From contig MU008159.1 in the NCBI GenBank assembly GCA_010909165.1, positions 992,001-1,056,000 on the forward strand: DNA of 64,000 bases. Direction: 5' to 3'. Under the pieces are notes generated by a model. That model did no database searches, was not told the DNA's origin, and saw nothing but the letters and a program-made list of their open reading frames with translations. Every line of letters starts with the position of its first letter. The first letter of the stretch is position 1. Source of the DNA: Anthoceros angustus (lineage: Eukaryota > Plantae > Anthocerotophyta). Positions 38,629-51,369 of the stretch are shown here, in pieces. The position numbers were made by a program, and so were the translations under genes.

Positions 38629-39768
38629 TGTCATGCCTATAGCCATTTTGGATAATCACATCTTATTTCACGTATGTACATACATATATATATATATATA
38701 TATATCATTCACCTTGGATGATTCTTTCATCATCATCTTTTCATTCTCCTTTGTTTTCTCATTCATCTTTCATAAATCCGTCTTATTGTCTTTCCCCATT
38801 CATCTTTTCATTTTCATCTTAATAGATCCGTCTTATTGTCTTTCCTCATTCATCTTTTCATTTTCATTTTCATAAATATTTTATTTTCTCATATACTTAT
38901 TTATATACATATTTATATATATATTTGGGTGGCCAGCCCATATCGCTTCAACTTCTTCTCATGTTTACAAGCTCAGTTCTCGTTAAGCGACATTACATTT
39001 TGCGTGCTATATAGCAGGCATTATCTTTCTTACTTTCAATTTTATTTTCATTCTCCTCTCACGGATGCATGCTCGATGTTTGCCCTTCATAAAACATCCT
39101 CAAGCGCGGTGCATTGGCGTAGTTAATTGTTTAAACATATGATAGATTGCGAGATTACTTCCTACATTGACACCGAATCCTCAAAGAAATGTTCAAAGAC
39201 TACCATGCCTCAAAACATACATATACACAAATACACATCTTTAAAAATTCACCTTGACTTCTCAATTCTTTATTCATCTAATTGTTAAGTCCACCAAAAC
39301 TTTCAGTGCTAATCCATTGAACTTACAAAAGATACATGCCCGATGCAACTACCCTATTTTATAGGCCGGGCTCGGGTTCATGTTCAACCAACGATCACAC
39401 GAGTTCAATTGAAATTGTCAATAAGCGATAGTTATCACTCTAACTTATCATTTATGAACTCCTCATTAACTTTCACATCACATCGGTTTAACCATAATTT
39501 GAACTACACTACACGTGTCACTTGATGCTTTTGTCATCGCCAATCATGATTGCGACTTTCATTTCGGACACAAATCTTACATCAAGTTTGCTCACACATC
39601 AACACCTCTTTCTTCATAACTTTCTCATTTATCTTGGTTCATTGTAGCTTTACTTGTATACGGTTTCTTGTTCAACACCACATGCTCCTCACATCCTCCA
39701 GTTCTCATCCGCACTCATGCTCAATCTTCTTTCCGATCTCTCCTGCATGGACTCCTCATTCCATGACA
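38629..39768 (-). mobile_element. Solo LTR, 1140 bp
   Basis: Ends are TGTCATG...CATGACA and TSD AGAT lies at 38625-38628 and 39769-39772. The empty site ttttaagatttcaa is present in the paralogous unit at ~32937-32950. A minus-strand TATA (cctataaaatag) is at ~39353-39364 and a (TA)n tract at ~38680-38705. Confidence 0.75.
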
Positions 39769-40296
39769 AGATTTCAAAGGACTAGAACACGATGGCCGAT
39801 TCCTCCATAAGTTTCACGCGCATTTTTAATTTCTAAATTTAAAGCTTCCATTTTTAAGGAGCCTTAAAATCTTAAAATAATTAGGTCTGAGCGTGAGCGG
39901 CACAAGGCACGTCTTGGTGGGCTCTTGGCCGGGTGGGCTGATGGCCGGGTGGGTGGCGGTGAGGTCTTGTGGGTGCCTGCGGACTACTCACTGGTGTCGA
40001 GCGATTTTAGAGACTAAATAGTGAATAGCTGTTGGGTAAGTTTATATACATATTGCAATGTTAGTTGTAAAAACTACACCTATATTCAAATTTAGATATA
40101 AATAATTTAAAAATAATTTTAAAAATAAAAATAAAAAATTCTAGCAAATTCCATCCCTAAAAATGAACAAAACGTTTCCGAAACCTTACAACCTGTATCC
40201 AACGCTTGCTTCCAACAAAGACGGTAGGATGCTTTTAATATTTTTAAAATTTAATGATTTCAAGTAATTACTAGTGAGTACTCACGGTGCAGGTGC

Positions 40297-40830
40297 AAAG
40301 GCGGGAGGATCCCAAAATAGCGGAAATTGCAAGGAGTTGCAAGTAGCAAGGCATGCGAGCTCGGACTCAAGCGGTCATGAGGGACGGCGTCCGGATGAGG
40401 CATCCGGTGAAGAACGTTCTCATCGCATCTGCACGGTCAGCGGATCTTGGACTAATTGTGGAGGAGTGCGAATCATCAAAGAATCATCAATGAATCGACG
40501 TTGCTTGATTATCAAGGTTCCCAGTTGCTAGCTCTCACAACAAAAGGCATGGTGACTGCTCGGAATTGGGATGCGATGATTTGCTGGATTTGAAGGTGAT
40601 CTTCCGGGAGGCAAGTTTGTTCATCTTGGTGATGCTGGAGGCCACAGCTATGGTCCCAACTTGTATGGGCGGTGATACTATCTCATCAAGGCTGCGTGGC
40701 GGACTAGATCCATGGCGAAGTGGAAGAAATGGCTGCTGATCCGGCTCAATTCGAGCCCGAGCCGTAGTCGGGCGTGAAGACACGAGGAGCCGAGCGCAAG
40801 GGTGGAGTCAAAAGAAACCGGGACAGGAAA
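40297..40830 (+). repeat. Mosaic of short pieces of gypsy C gag and the PPR fragment
   Basis: 40297-40375 resembles 52015-52088, 40365-40420 resembles 51619-51660 (shared actcaagcggt), 40550-40665 resembles 60243-60362, and 40665-40830 resembles 51372-51510. Confidence 0.75.
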
Positions 40831-41223
40831 GGCTCCTTAGGGTCGAATGGGACGGATGGGCTTCTCAGCTCCAAACGAGACGGATGTGCTCATGATGTGG
40901 GGACGGGGCCCGTTGGATTCGGACGGCTGCTAAGTTCGACGTTGGAACGGGACGGGACCCGTTGGATGCAGATGAAGCCGCGTTAAGTGTATTTCATTGT
41001 TTACTAAATATGATTAATTATACACTATATTGATTAAATATAAAATTAATCATTAAGAATTAAAATTATTTGTTAAGAACTAAAATTACTGTTAAAATTA
41101 CCTAAATCCACACCAAGCGGTGTGGCTCAGAACCTAAGAAACAACGCCTTTTCCAACGTTGTTTTGGAGCGTTGTTTTGAGGGGCAAAATGTAGTAGTGC
41201 GGCTATGGTCCCAACATGGAGGC

Positions 41224-41485
41224 GGTGAAGGCCAACTTGCTACCATTCACAACATATGCAAAGTTGAAGGAAAGTGACAATATTATTGATTGCCTTGAGA
41301 GCTGAGCGGTGCCTTGAGAAGGCTGACGGTGCACTCTCGAGATTAGGGTAAGAGGCATGCTAGGTGACTTATTGGTGGGCAATTGCACGGTGGACATGTA
41401 TGTCAAATGTGGCCCTGGAAGTTGCGAGGGGTTTTGAGAGCTTGGCCACAAAAGATGTAGTGACATTGAATGCACATGCATAGAT
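41224..41485 (+). pseudogene. PPR fragment, degraded copy
   Basis: Matches 1407-1670 almost exactly, with DLLVGNC.VDMYVKC relics. Confidence 0.7.
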
Positions 41486-41779
41486 TCTTCGTTACTGGTG
41501 TCCCACTAGGAGTGTTCGGACCTACAGGGCTAGTTTTGCATGCCCATAAAGCACAACATGATGTAAGCAAGTTGTGAGCAGTGGAGGAAGGAACTTGGAG
41601 GCGAGACCATGAGGACCCGCTCAAAAGATCATGAGGAGACTTGATGCCATGGATCGGGGAGATTAAAAGGCGGTAGCTGGTGAAGAAGAGCGGAAGAGCT
41701 GAACTGAGCACGAGGCGGTCTGTAAAAGTCTAAGAAGTTGAGGTGAGCATCGGGCCTCAAAGACTTATAAAGCGGCGTG

Positions 41780-42000
41780 GCGTAGAAAATCAGTTCTTGG
41801 TTTTCTCTTTGGGCGTACCTCGAATCATGCGGAGTGCGCAAGATGAGTACAAGAACGTCCGTCGCAATTTCTTAGAGGATTATGCTCTTACTTGGTGGAG
41901 GACTTCGTTGAGAGCGTAAGACAAAGGCAATCCGAGCCACAATCTTCACATGAGGACTTCAAGCAAGTGACTGCAACTCAGTTTCCAACCCGCTAATGCG
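41780..42000 (+). mobile_element. gag: Gypsy gag N-terminal piece, probably of element A
   Basis: Reads FLEDYALTWWRT...EDFKQ...QFQPANA. Its natural continuation DFRHAR...SGTLREYV is at 50657+ and 17790+. Confidence 0.6.
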
Positions 42001-42169
42001 TGAGTTTGGTAGCGAAGGATGCTTGTCGTGCGTCTTCATCAATTTGTCGTATGACGCAAAAACTTACTCACACTTCTTCTGGTTTCACCGGCCTTGGTGC
42101 AAAGGGAAAAAGAGGGCTGCTGTCGGGGCCAAACAAAAGAAAAGTGCTAAAATTCTACCTATGCTGCAT

Positions 42170-45100
42170 GCACCGAGCGCTCACATGTCTTGATGCTCAC
42201 TTGATTCGAGAAAATTAAAAGGGCTGCCCTACAGTACTAGTGATAAGTCCCTTGAACCTTTGCACCACACATTGCCACAATCTTTGACGGCACACATAGG
42301 TCTTTGCATTACACCTAGAAATTCGACAACAACAAAATTGCGTGTGTTAGCGTTCCTCCTAGGGACTTGACAAGCTGCCTTCCCGCAGTAGCCTGCCTTG
42401 GTCTTGTGCTCATAGCCTTGCAACCACCTTGCGTCGCATGCAGTGGGCACCACACTCTTGGTGCCGGCATCCTCTTGGATTGGAGTGATCATGTGCTTTC
42501 TCCCACCGTGTGTGAGAGGGAGACTGGCCCAAGCTTGGCCATTTTGCGGGTTATTTCCGACTTTCTGTTTAAGGGCATTTTAGTAATTATCGGTACCAAG
42601 GATTAAACTAAGCTAACAAAACCTACTTGCTAAGCCCTAGCTTCTAAGAGTTAGTTCCTAGCATCGGTTCACGTCGGTATGTCGTCTTCATCGGTATGTG
42701 TGACAAAACCAAGCTTGCTCACACTTCTTCTGGTTTTCACCCGCCTTTGCAAGGGAAAAGAGGCCTGTCGAGGCCAAACAAAAGAAAAGTGCTAAAATTC
42801 TACCTATACCCCGGTGATGGGCCAGGCGGAAACAATCGTGAAAAGAAAGAAACAAGGCATACAGCGTCTTGAAACAAATGCCACATGGAACCAAGAATGA
42901 GGCCAGCAGAATCCTAGAACTCTGCGGCCGCATTCACAATGGAAAGCGGGTCGTCTAAACAAAAGGTCCACACAATTCCATCACACCGTAACATCACATG
43001 GTGTAAAATCCAAAGCATCCACGAGCATTTCCAGCACACTTTGCACAATACGAGTTGCTCGAGAGCGGCTGAGGAGGTAAGGCAAAACAAATGAAAACCC
43101 CATTGCATCCGTCACGAGAAGCATAAGCTCCTCATCATCATCCTCCCACAAACACGGGTAGTGCGGTGGAATCCAGTGTTGTTATCATGGGGTCCAAATT
43201 AGGTAAGTGGCGGGCGCCTGAGTTCTTGGTATGTGCAATAGTCCTACCATCGAGCCACCAAAATCAGCACTCCATTGGGCCTAACTTCGCACCCTCGGCA
43301 CATGTCTGCTGCTAGCTGTCAAGGTGTCCACAGTTTGCCTTTGCAAGTATCTGAAATCCCTTCTGAATTTCTTGACTTGGGCTGAATGACCACTGGTGTC
43401 ATCTGTAAGGAATCCGGTCTTGAGCTATGTTGAGGTTGGCCATAGCCATTGGCATAACACTGCCGAAATAGTATGCCTCCCCAATCACTCGAGCCCATGT
43501 GGACGGGATCATCAAGGCTGTACCACCTCCTGCATCTTCTTAGCTATTGTACTCGGCACCACGACCAAAAGCAAGTAAGGGAGAAGTGTGCCAAGGCATG
43601 TTTACTCATGCGGTAGCCCATAGCGATGTAGGGCAGCATGAGGTCCCAATCCTCCTTTCCACTGCAAGCATAACTTTCTCTTTTGATGGTGGACCATCCT
43701 TTCACCAGCCATCAGCACGAGGATGGTCCCTAGTCCGCTTTGTGATCGATAAGCGCAACATCTAAAGGTCACGAAATTCCCCTCTTCGAGCCACAGTCGG
43801 TCGGGCACTCGGCACAGCTACCAGCGGCTAAGCACGTGTGCAAAAATGCAGGGCGTGCTTGAGGACTTATCGATAGAGCCACAACCTCCACCCATTTGGA
43901 GAAATGCTCCATCATGACAAGTATGTAGACATTGCCTCTCGGCGTCCTAGTCAATTCTCCAATGAGGTCGCGGGACCGGTGAACAAGCCCATGATGGGCG
44001 AGGGTGGAAGGCAGGTCTTTGCATAGTAAAGGAGGCCTTGACTCGGTCACAAGGCTCACGGAGCCACATTCTACAGTTGTGCATCCCATACTAAAAAATG
44101 AGGTGTGAGCGGTGTAAGTCCGCTTCACACCAAAGTGACCATGTGCACACGTGTCAGTCGACCCTATCACCGGTGGTGGCACCAAGCGCTCGACACCATT
44201 GCCCGACTTGCGAATCATGTAGCCATCACGCCAATAATCTTATTGAACTGCGCACCTGTTCTTTTCAGGGTCAGCCTCGTCCATATACAGTGCAAATCTG
44301 AAGAGCATTCACATCTTCCCAAATGTCCTTTTGCATTGAGCGACAAACAATCATCCAAGGCGGTCATGGCAACAAGGGCAACGCGGCTGACATCGGCGCA
44401 ATCTCCTCCTCATGGTCCGCCTAGCCTCGGTGACATCACTGCGGTCGTCCGGATTTCTAGATAGCATGTCGCATTTTGGTGTGTCACTCGGCACTGTGCT
44501 CCACAAGGAAGTCATAATCTTGAAGTATCATGGCCCGTGAGCGACCCACTCAATTTTGTGTTAGTCATCGCCATTTCAATGGGCGATGATCGATCTAACA
44601 AGCTGACCATACAAATATGGGAGTAGCAGCCCAAGCAGTAGAGGCACTCCCCTCATAGCTGTAATTGGCCTCCGCTCGGTTATTACTCCTCGAGGCATAA
44701 GCGATCACGCTCCTTGCCCTGCTCATCCTCTTGTGCAAGCACGCCCAAGTCCCAGACGGCTCAATCGGTGTGTAACACAAATGGCTTGCTAAAATCGGCC
44801 TAGCCATGGTAGTGACCTGGTCAATTGCTCCTTCAACATGTCAAAAGCTTGCTGCGCCAACTCTCCATGCCCATTCCACGTCTTTCCTCAACATGTCATT
44901 CAAGGGTTTTACAATTCTGAAATTGCATGTAAACCTATAATAGTTGCATAACCCAAGAAAGGCGCAAGGCGACACGTTGGTGGGCTCCTTCACTGCGGAT
45001 AGCCTGTACCTTGGCTGAGTGGGGCATCACCCGTTAGGCGATTACGTGACCTAAATATGCCACGTGTTCATTCCAAATTCACATTTGGACGGGTGACATG

Positions 45101-48100
45101 TGAGCTCTGCCTTCCTTAGCCTCTGGAACAGCTCCTCTAAGTGTGCCGGTGATCCTCAAAGGCGTCTTTGTGAACCCGGCCACGTCGATAGCACAACAAG
45201 TTGGCACATCCGGTAAAACGGATCCATCACCTGAAAAGTGGCGGGTGCGTTCTTGAACCGAATGGCATCACCAGCCATTCCACAGCTATTGGGACCCGTG
45301 AAGCGGTCTTCTTGATGTCCTCTTACGCAGCGGGAATCGTTAAAACCACGAAGGTCCAAAGTAGAGAAGAAGGCAGGCGCCCAATCTTTGTCAAATATCT
45401 CCTCCCGGCATTGGGTACCGATCCTGCGGTGACGGCATTGATGGGACGATAGTCCCCACACATCCGTTCTCCGTCCACGCCTTGGGCATCCTTCTTTAAG
45501 CGGCATGACGATTCTTTGCGGCATAATCGGCTTTGGATAGCGGATAAGCCACCTTCAAGAAGCTCACGACACCTAGCATCGACCATCTCCCTCCGTCTTG
45601 CTCAACAGCGCGGGTAGATGGGCTCACTGCTGTCGAGTTGATCCATCTGATCACATTGCGGTGAGGTCCTTCATGGTAAAAGGCAAAGCGATCCGATACT
45701 TGAGCGAGAGTGTGGATGCGTGTCTTACGCCCATCTCGATCCATCCCCATGCCACGGAAAGTCTCGGCATTTAGCTTAGGCTTTGCGGGACTGGATCATC
45801 TAAGCGCTCTCTGGCTGGTGGAGGCGGAAAAAGCACTGAGGGCGCCACGGACTGCTCCACCCCCGCATCCGGCCGGAAGGCATGTATGCATATCCGAGAA
45901 AGGGAGATGAAGCTGCGTCATTTGGACACATCTTGTGATGGGCTCGTACCATGGCTAAGCGGCGTGGGTGAAAAGCCAAGCACGGACTCACTAACCACGT
46001 GAGTGCGTGAACATCCATGGCTGCCTAGAGCGCTTCTTGTTGGTGGTGTAACCGTAGGGCTGGCATGGGAATGGTGAAAGCCCATAATGCGTTCGCTCCG
46101 GCCACAGTGGGTTCCTCCCAGCTGCTGCGTGTTGGTGTTCAGCGGCATCCCTCGACCACATGGCGAATGAACACGGAAAGCTAACCCGGTGGGCGAGGTG
46201 GCAGTGTGTTGGTTTTGAACCAAGGCGCCGCGCTCATGGCGGTAACAAGCGGGGCTGGTGATGATCCTCCGGCCGATTGGTTGAGGCGGGTCCACATGTG
46301 TGCCACGCAAAGCGGTCTGCGAGGCGAGGACCAAGTTGGTCCGATAATTCCTCGGTGAGCAAAGCGCCCACACAGGGCCGCATCTAACGATGGGAGGCCC
46401 GGCATAATCTTGAACCACCATGTCTGTTGCACATGTGCTCTGTGTCAAATTGGTGTATTCTCAAGGAGGTAAGCACATGGTTGTATTCTTGAGCCCATGT
46501 GAGGACTGATGTAGATCCTGAGCATTACTGCATCTTGTAGACCGCTCCATGCCCGGCTTGGGAGAACCACAGCATTCCCCGGCAATCACCATATCCACAT
46601 TTCCCAAGGCACAGAATGTGGCCTTCTTGAATGTAACGGACATCCTGCGGTAGGCGGTGAAAGCACGTGATAGGCCTCCAAGGGCGATTCTTTGTGGAAA
46701 ACGCTCATGCAGCCCTTGCGGCTGAACTCTGCGATCTGGCGTCTTTGTGACATCATTGTCACAATACGTGTCAGTATGGACGATCATCAAGAGAGCCTCC
46801 GGCCCGATCAGATCCCGCCAAAGAGTTCTACCACCGTGTCCCAGACGATGGCGCCCATGTAATCACATTGTGATCGGCACTCGATCTTGAGGTGGTTAAC
46901 ACTGAATCAACAAGTGCATCACTGCTTTTTCTCCATCTTTTGCATAGCGTGAGCTGCTCGGATGATCGGGTTGTGCAAGGGCATGTTGCAACTGTGAGAT
47001 CCATGGACGGAATGGCGTCATCGACTTCAAGATTGTGCATCTTGGCTGGTTAGCATCTTGGACTAGCTTCATTGCGAGACGGCTCCTTGCTAGCATGGCA
47101 CACTAACGTGGCGATCTCTGTGGCCTGCTTGCCGTACAAGTCAAGGAATATGTGCTACGCCGTCCTCCTGCGCGGTCGGAGATGAAACTGCTCAGTCAAT
47201 TATCCACTCGCCGGTGGGAAAAGAAACTCCTGTCCTAGCGGTCGTAGTTTGTGGCCGTGGTCACCAAGCACGAGACATGGTCATGGCATCCGATGAGCAC
47301 GGATTCAATGTGATGTGCACTCAAGTCTCGCCACACAGGCTCCACCCCGGAGGTCGGATGTTCCATGGGGATTTGAAGTGCTTCTCACTGCAAACCAAGC
47401 CGTCTTTGACACCTTTATAATGAGGTGCGCGATGTCCAAAACACCACCACAGGTGCCACGTGATGACCCGTCCCTCGGTTGTCTACCAACGTTACTCACT
47501 CGCATTCGCACTGTTGGTAAATTTGGATGCGTGGATGCTCCAGCGACCTGTTGGAAATTCATCATGCGGGTCATTTGCAATGGAAGGCATCACGGGCTCG
47601 GCTGAATTTACTAACGGTGATCCGGAAAGGAACAAGTCCCCGGACCCAAATCTCCCGGCACATGAGCAGCGGGCTGACTTCACGTATGCGGCGATTCTTT
47701 GAGACGTTCCTCGTCATGCCCATGTCTGCAAGGACATTAATGGTGCCTGCAACAACCGTCTTTGTTGCTCATGTGTGACCAAAGGGGCATCATGTACAAT
47801 TGCCCTAAAGCGGGCTGCCTCATCTCTGCATTGGCTCTGTCTTGTCACCGGAGTGAAGATGTATCCTTGTGGGATGGCGGTTCAGTGCAAGGGCATAAAG
47901 GATTGAGGCATTCTGCCCTTGCTCCTCGCACAGTGATGGGCCTGCATTTGCTAACACGATGTCAGCGGCAAGATTAATGGCATGCCCAACCCATGTAGCG
48001 GCACATCTTCCCTTAGCTTGTCACGAGGCAGAGCTACTCATCAACACCTCATGTGGGTGTCCATAATCTTCTCCATTGTTTCATCGAACCCATCTGCTGC

Positions 48101-50655
48101 AGCTTAGCTCCACCAGCTTTCGAGGCTGGTTGTGGCGTGCCACTGTCTTGCCAAGGCGTACCGTGGCCTCGGCGTCATCTTGTCGCGTTCGCAACCTTGG
48201 CTTCGCTTTCTCCCTCATTGCTTGCTCTTAGAGTCCCAGTGCGGGGTTGCTCCTGTCTTGATGCTATTGTAGCATCTCCGGTGATCTCGTATCTCCTCTC
48301 GGGGTGAAGTTGAAAGCACACGGTGCTCACATGACCATTCTTTTGACAATGAGTGCAAAGAGGCCTTAGGTGGGCACTTGCAATTCGGTGAGATGTGCTC
48401 GGGCGCCACAATGGTTGCACATGGTGTGTATGGCAGCTACTCCCTGTTATTGCTCCCGCCTTGGGGCTTAGCTGGTGTAGTCCTTGAAGAAGTTCCCCGT
48501 GACACCTTGCTTGAAAACATGCCTTGATAATGGTGGAAGGCCTTGGAATGCTTGGAGATCAGTATATGCTTTTCATCCACTCAAAATTTCTTGAGGAATT
48601 TCTCCATTGCTTCTTGAGTGCAGCAGCATGCCGGTCCCATCTCGCAGCTTTTGCGACCTACGGAAACACATCGGGTCTCCCTTTCCGTGCAAAGCTTGCC
48701 CGCAATCTTCTCGGGAGTCTTGAGTGGAAAAGCCTTCTCGAGGATCTTCATGAACTCTTCCACAGGTTGGCATATTTGGGGTGTGTGTAGATTCATCAAT
48801 CCCTGCGTCATGTCCTCTGTGGCCGTGAGAGGAGGCATCACGGTGGGTGGCGGCACAAATGGCGGCGATTACTGCAGATATGGCTGCTGGTGGGCTGTCA
48901 CTTGACCCGACTTGGCATTGAGGCCATCTGCGGTGCCCTTGGAATAATGGATTGGAGGCGGCCGTAGTTGAGGTCGGCTCCGCTTGGGCTTCATACAAAT
49001 CCAGGCCTCATCGACCATGTATCGTATTGTTCGAACATGTAGAGGTGGTTATCGCAGCCCCATGTTTGAACTTGACCCTACTAATTGCCTCATTGACTCA
49101 GCCTAAAATCCCTCAACGATTGTGTTCTGCCAGAATTTCTCACCGCCATTTGGCCCTCCTTCCATCGTGTCGGAATCACCGGACGGGTCCTCTTGCCACA
49201 GGTCTTACATGATAAATGCGGGGTGACGAGCCACGGAAAGGCCTAATCCCGCCCTCCGGTGCACTCCCACCCGGCACCCCCTGCTCCTCCTTATCAGTCA
49301 CCAGGTGTAAGTGGGGACCAGCTAACCCTAACTGGTGCAAAGGATCCTTGTCCGGGCTCTGTTACTGCTGGTAGGTCCTCTAAGGACAAATCTTGGCCGT
49401 GGTGCCCTTCTCCTTCTCACGAAAACCACAGGCTGGCACGTCCCTCGTTCAAAGCGATGCAGTGGGCTATCTCCCTCTTCACCGGTGGCATGCCCCATGT
49501 AAACGCCGGTGAGTCAAGGAAGCCAGCATCAATTGTCGGTGCGGAGGAAAACCTTAGCTGCGAGAATCGATGTGAAACACAAACACACGCCAATCTTGCA
49601 ACTCGGATCCTCCTCTGACCTCAAGCTTTTTTAGATGCCTCACTCACACGAGAATCCTCAGCCTGTTCAGCGACTCACTCCTCGTGCTCGTGCTGTACAA
49701 GACCCAGCACCTACCCGCAGAAGTGTTGGCGCACATAGCCAAATTCCCCAACTAAAACCCTTAGTGATCAACTTCTCCCGGGCATTCAGTCCACTGTTTC
49801 TCACTCGAAAGTAGACAAAAATGATACCAACGGATTCGTCTCAGAGGCAAACAAGATGGTATGCAAATTGAAAGCAGCCGACTCGTGTGGCGATCGCTAT
49901 GAGCTCACGGACGGCCGTGGAAACTTGCAGTTGAGACATGGGAGGACTCAAAAATTATGAGAGGGCCTTGAGTTGTGCGGCTGCACACCTGGCTGGCACA
50001 GAAAATCCCCGCACCCAGTAGTAAAACCCAACAAGTCCTGCGGCAATCGACCATGCGAAACCCTAGCAAAATGCACACCACGTCAAGCCCATAGCGGGGT
50101 CAAGCTGCGAGCCGTAAGTGCAGACTCCTCCATGCTCCAGGCCAAGGCAGAATCAAGTTGAATGCTTCTCGAGCGATTGTAAAGTAAATGCACCGGCGCT
50201 CACATGTCTTGATGCTCACTTCCGATTCGAGAAAATTAAAGGCTGCCCTACGGGCTGCCTTGATAAGTCCCATGAACACGCACATTACACACATTGCCAC
50301 AATCTTTGAGCACACACAATAGTCTTTGCATTCTGACCTAGAAATTCGACAACAACAAAATTGCGTGTTCGGCTAGCGTTCCTCCTAGGGACTTGACAAG
50401 CCTTCCAGCCGCCTTGGTCTTGTGCTCCGCAACCACCTTGCGTCTGATACGATGGGCACCACACTCTTGGTGCGGCATCCTCTTGGATTGGAGTGATCAT
50501 GTCGCTTTCTCCCACCGGTGTGAGAGGAGACTGGCCCAAGCTTGGCCATTTTGCGGGTTATTTCCGACTTTCTGTTTAAGGGCATTTAGTAATTATCGGT
50601 GTCTAAACTAACAAAACCTACTTGCTAAGCCCTAGCTTAGAGTTAGTTCTAGCAT
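42170..50655 (-). mobile_element. pol: Ty3/gypsy element B, copy 2 (more complete), with remnants of both LTRs and a PPT
   Basis: Integrase ORF 43769-44218 (HGHFGVKRT; DLIGELTRTPRGNVYILVMMEHFSKWVEVVAL), RNase H at 44600-44900, RT at 45000-45600 and gag CCHC at 48316-48357. The PPT gggaggatgatga (rc) is at ~43135-43147. 42170-42660 and 50190-50650 are diverged direct repeats (LTR parts). Confidence 0.85.
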
Positions 50656-51369
50656 GATTTCCGTCATGCTCGACAATGTCAACATCTGGAACTTTGCGGG
50701 AGTATGTAGTGAGTTTAGCTCTATTGTCTTGCAATGTCCGGAGATGCATGAGCGGGACAAACTCCACAAGTTTATCAGCCTTAAGAGATGGGCTCAAAAT
50801 AGGATAGCTTTGACTAATCCTCAAAGCGTTGCAAGAGGTATGGCGGCGGCGGATGCCATACCGGATATGTTTATTCAAGAGGCACCGGTATCAAGAGGAA
50901 GATATCCTAGGTCTCGGGGTAGATCTAGAGGGAGGAGAGCTACCACCACAATAGTGGAACCAATGAGACTCTTGGCGAGGCCGAGCTAGAGGAGATAAGT
51001 CGTGGAAGATGAGTGCCTAGCGGATTACAGCAGAGCCATCCAAGCAGACTCACCAAAAGGATCTCGATTCCAATCCACGCTTTGTTCTAATCCGCCATGA
51101 GATTTCAAGAGATCGACCATTCCTCGGCAGATCCCGCAGGCCACACACGAAAAAGGCTTGCGGAACGCGATGAGTTTTCATACTAAGCAAGGCTAGTCAC
51201 TTGCGAAGTGATCGGCATGTGCGCTTGCAGCCAGTCAATACGGAATAGCGCGGTGAACACACCACCGTGCAAGTGGTGGGAATCACGTGTTGTGCCAAAG
51301 ACAAACATTGCGGTTAGCAGGAGGGAACAAAGTCGACGAGTTCAATTTCCAAGCTGCCAAAAACATGGA

